DNA from: Paraspadella gotoi
Taxonomy: Eukaryota; Animalia; Chaetognatha
NCBI GenBank assembly: GCA_051294375.1
Contig: CM119264.1
Coordinates: 4,677,352 to 4,741,351, forward strand
DNA: 64,000 nt
Reading direction: 5' to 3'
Made by a program: the position numbers and the translations under genes. Every line of letters starts with the position of its first letter. Position 1 is the first letter of the stretch. Positions 12,716 to 25,670 of this stretch are shown one piece after another. A model generated the notes under the pieces. The model was not told where the DNA came from and did not search any database. It saw only the letters and a program-made list of their open reading frames with translations.

Positions 12716-14777
12716 CCCTTGACAACTCCGGTCCTTTTGTACCATCGCAATCGCCACAGACGGATCCATGGGATAATGGATTCCAGGGACGTGGCCACAA
12801 CGACGTTGGCGGTCGAGCCATGTCTCGGCTCCTTCATCCTCGGTGCATCGACCTTCTTCGGTCGTCATGCAGGAGGCTGGGGACTTTCCAAGGTGAGAAC
12901 CGGGGACGGCTCAAGGACTGGACCGTAGAGAGAGAGGGACTGGTGGGTCCAGGTAGGACGGGGAAGGACTGGGACTATGCAAAGGAAAGAGAGAAAGAAA
13001 GAAAGACTTAGACTTCATCTGGTGATTGACCGTTTAACGATGGAATATAAGACCTTACAGATGGGAGGACTTGACTTTGGACTTTTCCAAAGAGTAGGGT
13101 AAACTTTCTCTACTTCCCAAACCAGAGCAAGTGCGTGCTAAAAGTGTTAAAGCAGTTGGGAAATCTCACCTCTAATGAAGTGGAAAGTTTAATGATTGAA
13201 AACAAGCTCTTTAAAATACACTAATATGTGAAATAGTTTTATCTTAAGTTAAAATAAACTGGTAATTCTCACTTTTTTCTTTTTTCTTTCCCCGTCCTCT
13301 CTCTTTCCTTTCCCTTCCTTCCTCCCAACTCTTATTTCTTGGACAACTTCCCTTTGCCTGCCTTGACCCCCCTCCCAGATTCCAAAACGAAAATCTCGAC
13401 ATCAAAACGTCCCCGGCGCTGCAAGCACGGGCCCTACTTCAGTTTCAACATCCTGCCCGCGTCCGCAACTGGCGCGTTCCACATCACCCGGCAAATGTTC
13501 AAACTAGGAAAATCCTCACCTTCGTCATGATGTTGGACCTTCAACATGTGAAGAACCAAACTTTTCTACTACCGTGGTGGTACGGCCAGTACAGCGCAAC
13601 CGACCTCCGCAGGATCTGACCGTCCCAAGGTCCGAGAGCTGCTCCGGCGCTGGCAACGCCGTCAAAACGGCAGCGACGACTTCACCGATCTCTTGGCGGC
13701 GCTGGTGGCGCGACTACAAGCGGCTCCTCCTCGAAGCGGCGTGTGGCGCGAGGAGAAGCGCCCTCGGTGCGAATTCACGCTCGTGTACGCGATTGGACGG
13801 CTGGAACGCTGACTGGTGCGAAGTCCGCAGCGTCGTAACGTTCACGGTCGCGGATTTGCATCCTTGCGTCTGCGAAGACCACTCGTTGCGAGTCTGGCGA
13901 GCATCGCGGAGATTTCGCCGCCTTTGTTGGGGCAATCAAATCTTTTGGCCCTCGTGCCCCGGTCAGTCGTCGGCGTCATCGTCTTCGGTTTTCTCGTCGC
14001 CCAAATTCGGGTCCGGAACGAAGTGGTATTCACTCCAAAAGGGTCAAGTTCGAGGGTCCAATCATCGAGAGCGATTCGGGTCGAAGCAGACCGGCGTCTC
14101 ATTTTTTAAGAGAATCAAAACACACAACAACAATAACAACAAACGAATGGCCCTCTCTCGCTACGTCGGCGTCTTTCGGCGTCGTTGAGTCGCGGAGAGC
14201 GGACGGCAACGGCGCCGGCGGAGGCCCCGCTCGCCCGGTCGCGCGCCGCCTTCGTCCGGCGTGCGGTCGCGTCGCGAGCCTCCCCGGCTCTGAGCGACGA
14301 GTCAGGAATTGTGAGCCGTTGAAATCAGCGATGAAGCATAAACGATCCTTCTTTCTTCTCACACGGAATCAAGACTCAAATCGAGAGATGGAGACATCGA
14401 TCGAGGGATAGAAATGGAGAAACGGACGCAGGGATCCAAGAAAGGAGATCTGACCATGGGGAAAAATATTCGAGACCTGGATATAGACGTCAAGGACTCG
14501 GACTAAAGAACGAGGTCTGAACCGAGAATCGAGATCGTCGGAAAAGAAGGGGATCAAAACCCTGAAACCCAGAAACCAAGCCTTACGCCAAAACTTGAAC
14601 TTGTCGCCTTTGAAAACAATTTCAAGAAAAACAATTGAGAAACAGATGAAACAAAAAAATGAAACAAAGAAACGATTAAGTGGAAGCGTTTTTGTGATAA
14701 TCTGTGAATGCCGTGACACGTCGCCCTCGAAGCAAACCCCGTCGCCAGATGTGAATTGTGTCTCTTTTCACTGTTAA
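12716..14777 (+). CDS. Probable spliced gene of unknown function with one hydrophobic segment (frameshifted in both copies)
   Basis: Exon ~12716-12892 (cag...caag|gtgaga) and a large GC-rich exon from 13379 (cccag|attcc). Merging the two copies gives Cys/Trp-rich text (RPRCEFTLVYRDWTAWNADWCEVRS) and a TM-like stretch (LLALVPRSVVGVIVFGFLVAQI). No family recognised. Confidence 0.35.
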
Positions 14778-16938
14778 ACGCTAAATTCTTTTTGACCATA
14801 AATTGAAACGCGACCCAATCGTATGTCTTAATGTCTGTGCTAAGAAGGAAATTACGTGTTTTAAATTTAGTGATTGACAAGTTGAAATTATTTAAAATCG
14901 CAAATTAAATATAAACAACATTATTATATTTATATTATTTGGCCGAAACGTGTATAATATGTATCTCCGAAAAGGTCTTTGGTTTTGGTGATAGCTTTTC
15001 TTTTCAACAGAGTTATCGTAAATTGTTTAAAACAAACTATTTTCACTCTTCGTATTAATCTGTTCGACGCTACTATTTTATATTTACTCCAATCACTTTT
15101 AATTTATAGGAATTTTAAAAACAAACTATGATTACGTTAATACAAACACGACGACAATCTTTAGCTTAGAAATGTTATTTTCATTCACTTTTGTTTGTTC
15201 ATTTTTTTTGATTTTAACGAATAGAATTCCGTCTTTCGCGAGTGAATCCAATCTCATCTAAATAAAATCAAGTTGATGAAACGGGAAGTTTTATGGTGAA
15301 AGACCAAAGGAAGTTCATTGTGATTCATAGTGATATTATGATTATTTAAAGATAGGGGGCATTGAGAAATGTTTTATTTTTAACCTTTCTCCAATTTTTA
15401 TGGGATATTTGGCCTGATTTAACTTAAAAACCAAGAAATTTCGAATTTAATTCGAGTCAAAGACTCAGCAGAAGAAGAGACAAAAAGGATTAAGCGGCGA
15501 GATTTAAATTTAAGAAGAATTGAATGAATGAAATCTGATTTTTTAATCGAGCGGATTTGTTTTCATTAAAAAAAAAAACAGATGGCATTCTTTGAATTTT
15601 ATCAAAGTTGTTTTGTAGTAGTCTTCCTAGTTCAGAAGTATAGTCCTTTCGCGTATAATAAGTTTGTAGATTGTTCTTCCGAGTCGTTCATAGATAGTGA
15701 AATGACTTGTAAAAAATATTCGTTATTACACTTTATTACAGATCTCCTTACAATGAAGTTCGTTCTAACTTGTCTGTTACGTGTAAATATATACTTTATT
15801 TTTGACTTTTCACAAAATTGAGTTTGCTTTTATAATTTTTTTTTTAGATAGTGATCATATGTTATCTATGGAGTAAATAAGTAAAAGTAATCAACAAATA
15901 GATGAAATCTATCTCTAAAATCTAATATATTTAGCTGCACAGGAAGAACGTAAGATTACGTATAATACCTAACTTTAACGTAAGATGAGACTTAACTTCA
16001 ACTTAATTTACCTACTAATATTACGACTTTATATTTAATCTAAATATATTTGTTAAACTTATTTCTAAAATTAAAACTAACCCCTAACCTAAATACTAGT
16101 CACTAACCTAAATCACTAACCATATCCCTAACCTCTAACTTAATCTTTTAACTTAAAAATTGAGCTAATTACGAATTCAGAATAAAGTGGGCGTTGTTGG
16201 TATAAAGGCCAAGAATAAACGACGGAATTTCAAAATGAGAAAAAGATTCTCCGGAAAGATTTTCGAGAATCCCGAATCGGCCTCCGCCCATGCATGATTT
16301 ATACTCCTTCAAGTCTGGCTCGACTCATTTTAAAGTGCACGCCACCCTCTTTCTTGTTGTCGTTGTTGTTGATCTCGCGTCAAATTTCGAACCCCACTAC
16401 CTTTCCCTTAAACTCCTGGCCTCACTTTTAAATTACCTAAACTTTCGCTAATTTTGTTTACGTATTGTTTCAAGGAGGAAAGGCGCGGGATCGAACTCGC
16501 GTCCCGCGGGACGGATTTTTGTCATCTGCGATTTTTTTTTTTTTGGGTCATCGAAATTTTGGGGCAGAAATAAATCTCGATTTCTACAAACACACCCAAA
16601 ACTACGGACGGCAGAAAATTTCGTTTATAAAAACATTGAGCGATATCAAAGGATTTGTTTATTATTGTCTTTCGATTCATTCAGTCATTGAATAAGGAAA
16701 ACCTTTTTTGTTCAATTATCAGCCGATCGTGACGAAATCGACGTCACAAAATCTCGAACAGAAATCTGCTGGGAGATTTGAGATTCATGTCGTAGTCGAT
16801 CGGCCGAAATAGTCCTTACGTTTTATTGATACATTTATTACTAAAACGCTGTTTCACGTGTTAACTTTAGAGTGATAACAATATCGATATCTATAAAATA
16901 AAGGCGTAAATCTCTCTCTCTCTCTCTCTCTTCTCTCG

Positions 16939-16987
<49 letters not shown>

Positions 16988-17126
16988 CTCTCTCGCCTCT
17001 CTCTCAGACACAAAAAACACACACAAACAGACCCAAAAAACAAAAGAAAATTCGAGATTTAAATTTTCTATTTCAATGAAATTTTCATTTCGATCCAGAT
17101 TTTATCGCGCGACAAAAGAAATCCTT

Positions 17127-17180
<54 letters not shown>

Positions 17181-17472
17181 CTCTCTCTCTCTCTCTCTCT
17201 CCTCTCTCCTCTCTCTCTCTCTCGCGCTCCGTAAAGGAACCGGTTTCTGCTCTAGCCTTTTTCAGGTCGACCGCCCTTCGACTTCGGCGACGCATCGAAC
17301 CAAAATCTCAAATCAGACGAAATTATATAAATTTTTTAAAATTCTAAATTAATTGCATGGAACTTCATTTACAGGTCGACCAAAAAAAATAATAATTACC
17401 GCGTTTTCTTTCTCAAACCGTTCGCTTGGGCGTGGTGCGATCGTCGACCCCGGGTCGCCATAACGGCGGGAC

Positions 17473-17505
<33 letters not shown>

Positions 17506-17924
17506 TCAAGAGTTAAAAGGGGAAACTAAAAAACTCCCCTCGCTAATCCGGATACTTTAAGTCAATAATCCGAAACGATTTTTTTTTTCTTTTTGCTTCA
17601 GTTTTTATCATATTTTACTTATAATTATTGTTACTGGTAATCAACAAGTTCTTTGTGACAAAAAACTGACAATATTCTACTGTAATGTACAAATCGAAAT
17701 TTGGTTTTTAATTCAAGTTACGTAATTTAGCCTCGTCTTGTAATGATCGTAATTGATCGACGAGTTGACATCTTCTTAAGTTAATTCTTTAAAAAAAACG
17801 TGTGGGTCATGACTCAAAACTGAGATCGGCGGAATTGAAAGAGTGGCATCAGGGAGTGACCAGAGTGTGTGTCACGGACGTAGCAAGCGCCTTTCTCACT
17901 TCGCCGCTTCTTCCGTCTTCCCTC

Positions 17925-19379
17925 ATGGGACCGGAATTTGCGAACTTTCGTAGTGGACGGTTTCTATGGATCATCTTCGTCTCACCTGCGCCGGGATCAT
18001 TCAGGTGAGGTCGAATAGGGTTAGAGATTAAATTAGATATTAGGTTTAATGATTTGGCTTGAATATTTGGGTTCAAATTATTATCAAGGATTAGGAACAG
18101 AAACGTCACTATTGTATTATTTATAATACTATTTAGTAATAGTATATTTTATGTTAATATTTATCTAATTTAATATAGTATCTCGAAGACACCGAAGATC
18201 GAAACCTTCGTCAAGAATTCTCCACGGCCTTCAGAAAGTTCTTGGCCGAAGTCAATGGCGCCCATCAGCCGGGCGCCGCTCCGCCCGGCGCTCCCCAGCC
18301 AGGAGTCTGTCTCTCCAGCGATAAACTGATGGAGTTTGTCAAATCGATCGAACTTCCCATCACGAGAGGATATTTAGCGATACCAGGTTGCTTGGTAGAG
18401 AGAGGGGTGAGCAAATTGGTAAGCTTGTTTGGAGAGGCTAGAGAGCGAAGCTTGGTTGGATGAAAGGGAGAGCAAAAGGCGAAGCTTGCTTGGAAAGACC
18501 AAAAGGGAAGCTTGCTTTGTAAGAGAGGAGGAGCAAAGACTAACTCGTTTTTAGAAGCGAAGGAAGTGTTGAAAGAAGAGAAATATTAGAACTGAGCTTT
18601 CCAATGGAGTAAAAATTTCCTTTTTTGGATCTTTTCTTGCCACGAGGAAGAAAGGAAAAATCTTTTAATTAAATGTGTAAACCAATATAAAATTATCCAT
18701 TCATTTAATAAAATAAGCTATCTTGCCCCTGACTTAGGACAGGCTTTTGGTGGTTTTTAATGAGTTAATTTATTGAGAAACGTCACAATATTTCGAAGGC
18801 TTCTGCCTTCATCAAAAGTTACAAATATTATTTTCTCATGGCAAGAAAAATCTTGCCAGAATGAATTCAATTTGAAAACTACGTAAAAACTTCATCTTGT
18901 TTGTATCTAGCGAATGTCGCTCTTTTCTAAAAAAGAATAAAGAGATATTGCTTTAAGTAATGATATGGCGTAGCTGGGATGATTTTGTTCAACGGAGAGA
19001 TTCTATCTTTAAAAAGTTAGCGTTCAATGTTAAACACAGCTTTGATTGGTCAATAGTAGGTAGGTGCTTTTTCAATGTTATATAAATTCCGGGCAAAACT
19101 AACCGTTAATCACCGGTTCAATTGTCATTTCGTCAATGACAAACGCTATCATTAGTATCATTACTGAACAGTTAGGACATTTAAGTTGTTCTAAAAACTG
19201 ACTCTTTGTAGTGCGAGATTTACCGGCTTCTCTTCAGAGCAGATTTTACAGTAAATAACTCACTTTTTTTGCTCCGCGCTCAAATATATTCTCAACCTGA
19301 AGAGAGAACAAACAATGAGCCTTCTGCTTCGGTTGCTTGCTCTCTCTCTCTTCTCTCTCTCTCTCTCTCTCTCGTCTCT

Positions 19380-19421
<42 letters not shown>

Positions 19422-20026
19422 AAAAAGAGAGAATAAATATACTTTATCGCGATTGGAATCGGTTTTTCACTCAGGGGAAAAAATGACATTCGCGGGCGTG
19501 AACCTTTAATTTGCAGACATGTTTGCATTTTAAATTAAAGTTTGAACTTGAACGTTTACGATGAGGATAATGACGATTATTTCTTGTCGTTGTAGATAAT
19601 GGCCAATTGGCCATGATCATTATAATGTAGACGATAATGATGTCGAAGAAGAAGCTGATAATAATGACGATGATGAATATGATGTCTAACGATGACCATG
19701 AAGACGATTCCACATCCCCCGGCCCCCTCCACAGATTCTCTTTCCTCAACGCCACCTTCCCCGGCGCTCGCCCCATCTACACGTGGGACTTTGACAATTC
19801 TCTCTTCTTCATCTGCGCCCTCGTCACGACGGTCGGCTACGGGAACATCGTCCCTCTATCGGATTCGGGCAAAGGTTTCTCCGTCGCCGTCGTCGTCGTC
19901 GGCGTCCCTTTCACCATCCTCCTCTTCTCCGTGTGGATCGAGCGGCTGCTTCACTTGACGGACGGTTGGAGGAAAGGAGGATACGTGGCGCTGAGGAGGA
20001 GGGGGATGTCGGCCGTCGCCTCCAAG
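17925..20026 (+). CDS. Two-pore-domain K+ channel (K2P/KCNK), partial copy: exons 1-3 (TM1, cap, P1, TM2)
   Basis: Exons 17925-18004, 18179-18386 and 19735-20026. Exon 3 is intact: WDFDNSLFFICALVTTVGYGNIVPLSDSGKGFSVAVVVVGVPFTILLF, the canonical K2P P1/TM2. The cap contains Cys (GVCLSSDKL). Confidence 0.88.
18670..18752 (+). repeat. ~85-bp dispersed element (also 27515-27601, 37891-37980, and degenerate at 48667-48736 and 56705-56782)
   Basis: Shared text 'ccaatataaaaattatccattcatttaataaataagctatcttgcccctgactttggacaggctttggt' in introns of different genes, with 3' hairpin cctg-actttgga-cagg. Confidence 0.75.
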
Positions 20027-20523
20027 GTTTGGAGACGAGGGGGGGGGGAGGGAAACGGATCATCTTTTATTATGACAAGCTAACTCGAAAGGTTGTGTTC
20101 TAGTTGGTAGGCGACAAAACTTTGATAGGCTGGAGTCAGAATTTTGTTTCAACTGAAAGAGAGTTTAAGGGGAGATGGAGCGGAGGGAAAGAGAGATGAC
20201 AACTCCGTTGGCTTAGAAACGGAGTGGGATTCCGCTTTTCGGCTTCTCTTTCGTTAACCATGAATAATAATTATCACGTGTTGACAGTTGAGTTTGTCCA
20301 AAAACCGCGTATATTTTTTCAAATCCTGAAGGCGGCATTTATAAGTGCATTAAAGTTTAGACAATGGGCACATCAAAATATGTCGTTATCATTATCGTTA
20401 TCGTTATCGTTATCGTTATCAATATCAATTTCGTCGCCGATAAAATTGTAAAATCACGAATCCGAGAAATTCTGTCTTTCAAAGAGAGGAGAGATAACAA
20501 CATCTCCACCCCGTCCACCCCAG

Positions 20524-22630
20524 CCTTGAAACTCCGGTCCTTTGTACCTCGCAAATCGCACAGACTCGGGATCCATGAGTAATAGGATCCAGGGAGTGGA
20601 ACAATACGTTGGGGGTCGAGCGCATGTCTCGGGCTCCTTCATCCTCGTAGCATCGACCTCTTCGTCGTCATGGGCAGGAGGTCTGGGGACTCTTCGCAAG
20701 GTGAGAACCGGGAAGGACTGGACTTTAGAGTAGGAGAGAGGGAGGTGGGATCAGGTAGGAGGAGGAAGGACTGCGGACATGGCATTAAGGAAAGGAGAAA
20801 GAAAGAAAGCTTAGACTTCATGCTGGTGATTGACGCGTTTAACGATGGAATAATAAGACCTTACAGATAGGGAGGACTTGGACTTTGGACTTTCCAAGAG
20901 TGGGTAAACTTTCTTACTTCCAAACCAGAGCACAGTGGCGTGCTAAAGAGTGTTAAAAGCAGTTGGGAGAAATCTCACCTCTAATGAAGTGGGAAAGTTT
21001 AATGACTTGAAAAAGTTAAAATACACTAATGATGTGAAGATAGTTTTTATCTTAAGTTAAATAAACTGGGTAATTCTCACTTTTTTCTTTTTTCTTCCCC
21101 GTCCTCTTCTTTCCTTTCCCTTCCTTCCTCCCAACTCTTTATTTCTTTGGACAACTTCCTATTGCCTGCCTTGACCCCCCTCCCAGATTCAAGCGAATAA
21201 TCTCGACATCAAAAGCGTCCCCCGCTGCAAGCACGGCCTACTTGTTTCAACAATCCTGCCGCGTCCGCAATCTGGCGCGTCCACATCACCCGGCAAATGT
21301 TCAACTAGGAATCCCACGCTTTCGTCATGATGTTGGACGCTTCAACATGTGGAAGAACCAACGCTTTTCTACTACCGTGGCTGGTAGGCCAGTACAAGGA
21401 GCGCAAGCGACTCCGCAGGATCTGACCGTCCAAGGTGCCGGAGCTGCTCGGCGCTGGCAACGCCGTCAAAACGGCAGCGACGACTTCAGCCGATCTCTGT
21501 GGCGGCGCGGTGGCGCGACTAGCAAGCGGCTCCTCCTCGAAGCGGCGTGTGGGGCCGAGGAAGAGCGCCCTCGGTGCGAATTCACGCTCGTGTACCGCGA
21601 TTGGACGGCTTGGAACGCTGATTGGTGCGCGAAGTTCCGCGCAGCGTAACGTCACGGTTCGCGGATGCATCCGTTTGCGCTCTGCGGAGACCACTCCGTT
21701 AGGCGAGTCGTGGCGATGCATCGCGGAGATTTCGCCGGCCTTCCGTTGGGGCAATCAAATCTTCTGGGCCTCGTGCCCCGGTCACGTCGTCGGCGGTCAT
21801 CGGTCTTCGCGTTTTCTCGTCGTCCACAAATTCGGTCCGGACGGAAGTGGTATGTCACTCCAAAAGGGTCAAGTTCGAGGGTCCAATTCATCGAGAGCGA
21901 TTCGGTCGAAGCAGACGGCGTCTCATTTTTTAAGGAATCAAAACACAAAACAACAATAAGCAACAACGAATGGCCTCTCTGCTCGTGCGCGTCTTTCGGC
22001 GTCGTTGAGTCGCGGAGAGTAGGAACGGCAACGGCGCCGGTCGGAGGCCCCGCGTCGCGCGATCCGGTCGCGGCGCCGCCTTCGTCCGGGCGTGCGTCGG
22101 TGCGAGCCTCCCCGGCTCTGAGGACGGAGTCGGAATCGGTGAGCCGTTGAGAATAAAGCGATGAAGGCATAAAGATCCTGTTCTTCTTCTCACGAGACGG
22201 ATCAGAACTGCAAATCGAAGAGATGGAGACATCGATCGAAGGGATAGAAATGGAGAACGGACGAAAGGGATCCAAGAAAGGAGATCTGGACCAAGTGGGT
22301 GGAAGAAAATATCGAAGACTGGAATAAGACGCTAAGGGACTGCGGACTAAAAAACGAGGTCTGAACCGGATCGAGATTCGTTCGAAAAGAAAGGGGAACC
22401 AAAACGCCTGAAACCCAGAAACCAACGGCCTTAACGCCAAACTTGATTTTCGCGGTTTCGCCTTTGGAAACAATTCAAGAAAGACACTTGAGGAACAGAT
22501 GAACAAAAAAATGAACAAGAAACGATTAAGTGGAAGCGTTTTGTGATAATCGTGTAATGCGTGACACGTCGCCGCGTCGAAGCAAACGCCGTCGCCATCT
22601 GTGAATTGTGTCTCTTTTTTCACTGTTAAA
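20524..22630 (+). pseudogene. Second, heavily frameshifted copy of the unknown TM gene at 12716-14777
   Basis: Colinear match, e.g. KRLLLEAACG, WGNQIFW and QKGQVRGSN fragments appear in both copies in shifting frames. Confidence 0.35.
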
Positions 22631-24530
22631 CGCTAAATTCTAAACTTTGACCAAGTAAATTGAACGGCGACCCAATGGTCGTATGTCTTAATGTCTCTGT
22701 GGCTAAGGAAGGAAATTACGGTGTTTAAATTTAGTGATTGACGAAGTTGAAATTATTTAAAATCGCAAATTGAAATATAAACAACAGAAACGAACGGAAA
22801 GGTGAATGTTTTTTTTTGTGAATATTATTTTTGGGCCGAAACGTTTATAATTGATTATCTCCGAAAAGTCTTTGGTTTTGGTGATAGCTTTCTTTTTTTC
22901 AACAGAGTTTATCGTAAATTTGTTTAATAAGCAAACTATTTTCACTCTTTCGTATTAATCTGTTCGACGGCTACTATTTTATATTTACTCCAATCACTTT
23001 CTAATTTATAGGAATTTAAAACAAACTATGATTAGTTAATACCCACGACGAAATCTTAGCTTAGAAATGTTTTTTTCATTCAACTTTTGTTTGTTCATTT
23101 TTTTTTTATTTTAACGAATAAATTCCGTCTTTCGCGAGTGAAATACATCTCATCTAAATAAAATCAAAGTGTGATGAAACGGGGAAGTTTTTAATGGTGA
23201 AAGGCAAAGGAAGTTTCATTGTGATTCATAGTGATCATACCTGATTATTTAAAGATAGGGGGCATTGAGAAATGTTTTTATTTTTAACCCTTTCTCAATT
23301 GTTTGAATGGGATTTTGGCCTGATTTAACTTAAAAACCATAGGAAATTTCGAATTTAATACGAGTCAAAGACTGCAGCAGAAAGCAGACAAAGGGATTAA
23401 GCGCGAGATTTAATTTAAGAAGAATTGAATGACATCTGATTTTTTAATCGAGCGGATTTGGTTTCATTAAAAAAACAAAACAGATGCATTCTTGTGAATT
23501 TGTTTATCAAAGTTGTTTTGGTAAGTAGCGTCTTCCTAGTTCGAGAAGTATAGTCCCTTTCGCGTATAATAAGTTTGTAGAGTTGTTTCTTCCGAGTCGT
23601 GTCATAGATAGTGGAAATGTATTCGGACTTGTCAAATAAAATATTCCGTTATTACACTTTATTACAGATTCTTCTTACAATGAAGTTCGTTCTAACTTGT
23701 TGTTACGTGTAATATATCCTTTTTTTTTGACTTTTCACAAAATTGAGTTTTGCTTTTATGAATTTTTTTTAGAATAGTGATTTATAGTTATTCTTTATGG
23801 AGTAAATAAGTAAAAGTAAACAACAAATAGATGAAATCTATCTTCTAAAATCTAATATATTTAGCTGCAACAGGAAGAACGATAAGATTACGTAATAATA
23901 ACCTAACTTTAACGTAAGATGAGACTTCAACTTCAACTTAATTTTATTAAACTACTAAATTACGCGACTTTATATTTAATCTAAATATTATTGTTAAACT
24001 TATTTCTAATTTTTAACCTAACCTAACCTAAATACTAGTCACATAACTCTAAATCACTAACCATATCCCTAACCTCTAACTTAATTCTTAACTTAAAAAT
24101 TGAGCTAATTACGAAATTTCAGAATAAAGTGGGGCGTTGTTGGGATTAAAAGGCCAAGGAAATAAACGACAGGAATTTCAAAAATGAGAAAAAAGATTCT
24201 CCGGAAAAGATTTTCGAGATCCCGAAATCGCCTCCGCCCATAGCATGAATTTATACTGCTTCAAGTCATGGCTCGACTCATTTTAAAGTGCACGCCAACC
24301 CTCTTTAATGTGTTGTCCGTTGTTGTTGATCTCGTCCGTCCAAGATTTCGAACCCCACTACCTTTCCTTAAATCCTGGCCTCCTTTTAAACTTACCTAAA
24401 CTTTCGCTAATTTTGGTTTACGTATTGTTTCAAGGAGGAAAGGGCGCGGGATCGAACTCGCGTCCGCGGGACGGATTTTTGTCATCGGCGATTTTTTTTT
24501 CTGGGTCATCGAAATTTTGGGGCAGAATAA

Positions 24531-24574
<44 letters not shown>

Positions 24575-24831
24575 CACCAACCACGCACCACCACGCAACC
24601 ACGCATATTAATCTCAATTTCTACAAACAACACCCAAAAATTACGGACGGCAGAAATTTCGGTTTATGAAAAACATTGAGCGATATCAAGTATTTGTTTA
24701 TTATTGTCTTTTGATTCATTCAGTCATTGGATAAGGAAAACCTTGTTTATTCAATTATCAGCCGATCGTGACGAAATCGACGTCACAAAAATCTCGACAG
24801 AAATCTGCTGAGGAGATTGTGGAGATTCATG

Positions 24832-25670
24832 GTTTTTTTTTTTTTTTTATTTTTTTTTTTTTTTTTTTTATTAATACGCAAAAACAGTATTGAACATAAT
24901 CATAAACAGTAATAGTGGTAAAGAACTGGAAAACTAACTAATGTATTGAAATTCCAAATAAAACAAAAGACCCTACATTTAAAGACTGGAAAACAAGTAA
25001 AAACTAAACTCATAATTGAAATTCAATAAAAACAAAAGACACTAACTTTTAAAATATTAATAAATGTTATGACTTAATTCATAAGTAAACTATAAAAAAT
25101 AACGTTCAAAGACGTTCAAGACTGGAAAATAAGTAAAAACTAAACTAGCATATTGAATCAATAAAAACAAAAGACATAAGAACACCATCTTTCTAAAAAT
25201 TCTTTTTTAACGTTTAAAATCATTAATAAATGTTATGAACTAATTCATAAGAAACTATAAAATATGTTCAAGAACGTTCAAGACTGGAAAACAAGGTAAA
25301 AACTAAATACATATTGAAATTCAATAAAAAACAAAAACAATAAACGTTTAAAATCATTTAATAAAATGTTATGAACTAATCATAAGAAACTATAAAAATA
25401 ACGTTCAAAGAACGTTTAGGATCAAATGTAAAAATCATAAAACCGGAAAAACTAAAAACGAAAAAATGTCAAATTCCAAGAGAGCAATAGTTTTTATTTT
25501 AAATTTGTAATTTTTTATTTTTTTGATAATGCGTAAAAATGAAAACAAAAAAATGACAACAAAGACAAAAACAAAAATTAGCATAAACGAAAACAATGTT
25601 AATAAAACGTTCAACAGATAATGCCGTAAAAAACAAAAATAGAAAAAACAAGAAACAAAAACGGCTGAAA
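24832..25670 (-). mobile_element. Copy-specific insertion: poly(A)-tailed (minus strand) AT-rich element with internal tandem repeats, probable retroposon 3' fragment
   Basis: T-tract at 24832-24870, then repeated 'aagactggaaaa...aaactaaa...attgaaattcaataaaaacaaaa'. Absent from X, where the flanks 'gagattcatg' and 'cggccgaaatagtc' are ~11 bp apart (16781-16815). Confidence 0.6.

Larger units (their letters stand above)
12694..20373. repeat. Segment X: tandem-like duplicate of 20503-29401
   Basis: 'tctccaccccgtccaccccagcc' at 12694 and 20503, colinear thereafter. The junction at ~20384-20425 contains a (TTATCG)n tract. Confidence 0.92.

Noticed and set aside
21652-22623. 323-aa minus-strand ORF
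   Set aside because: Not preserved in the duplicate copy, and splice signals favour a plus-strand gene.
24012-24085. Interstitial telomere (CCTAA)n, also at 16078-16145
   Set aside because: Only about three perfect units in degenerate AT-rich sequence, too short to support the call.
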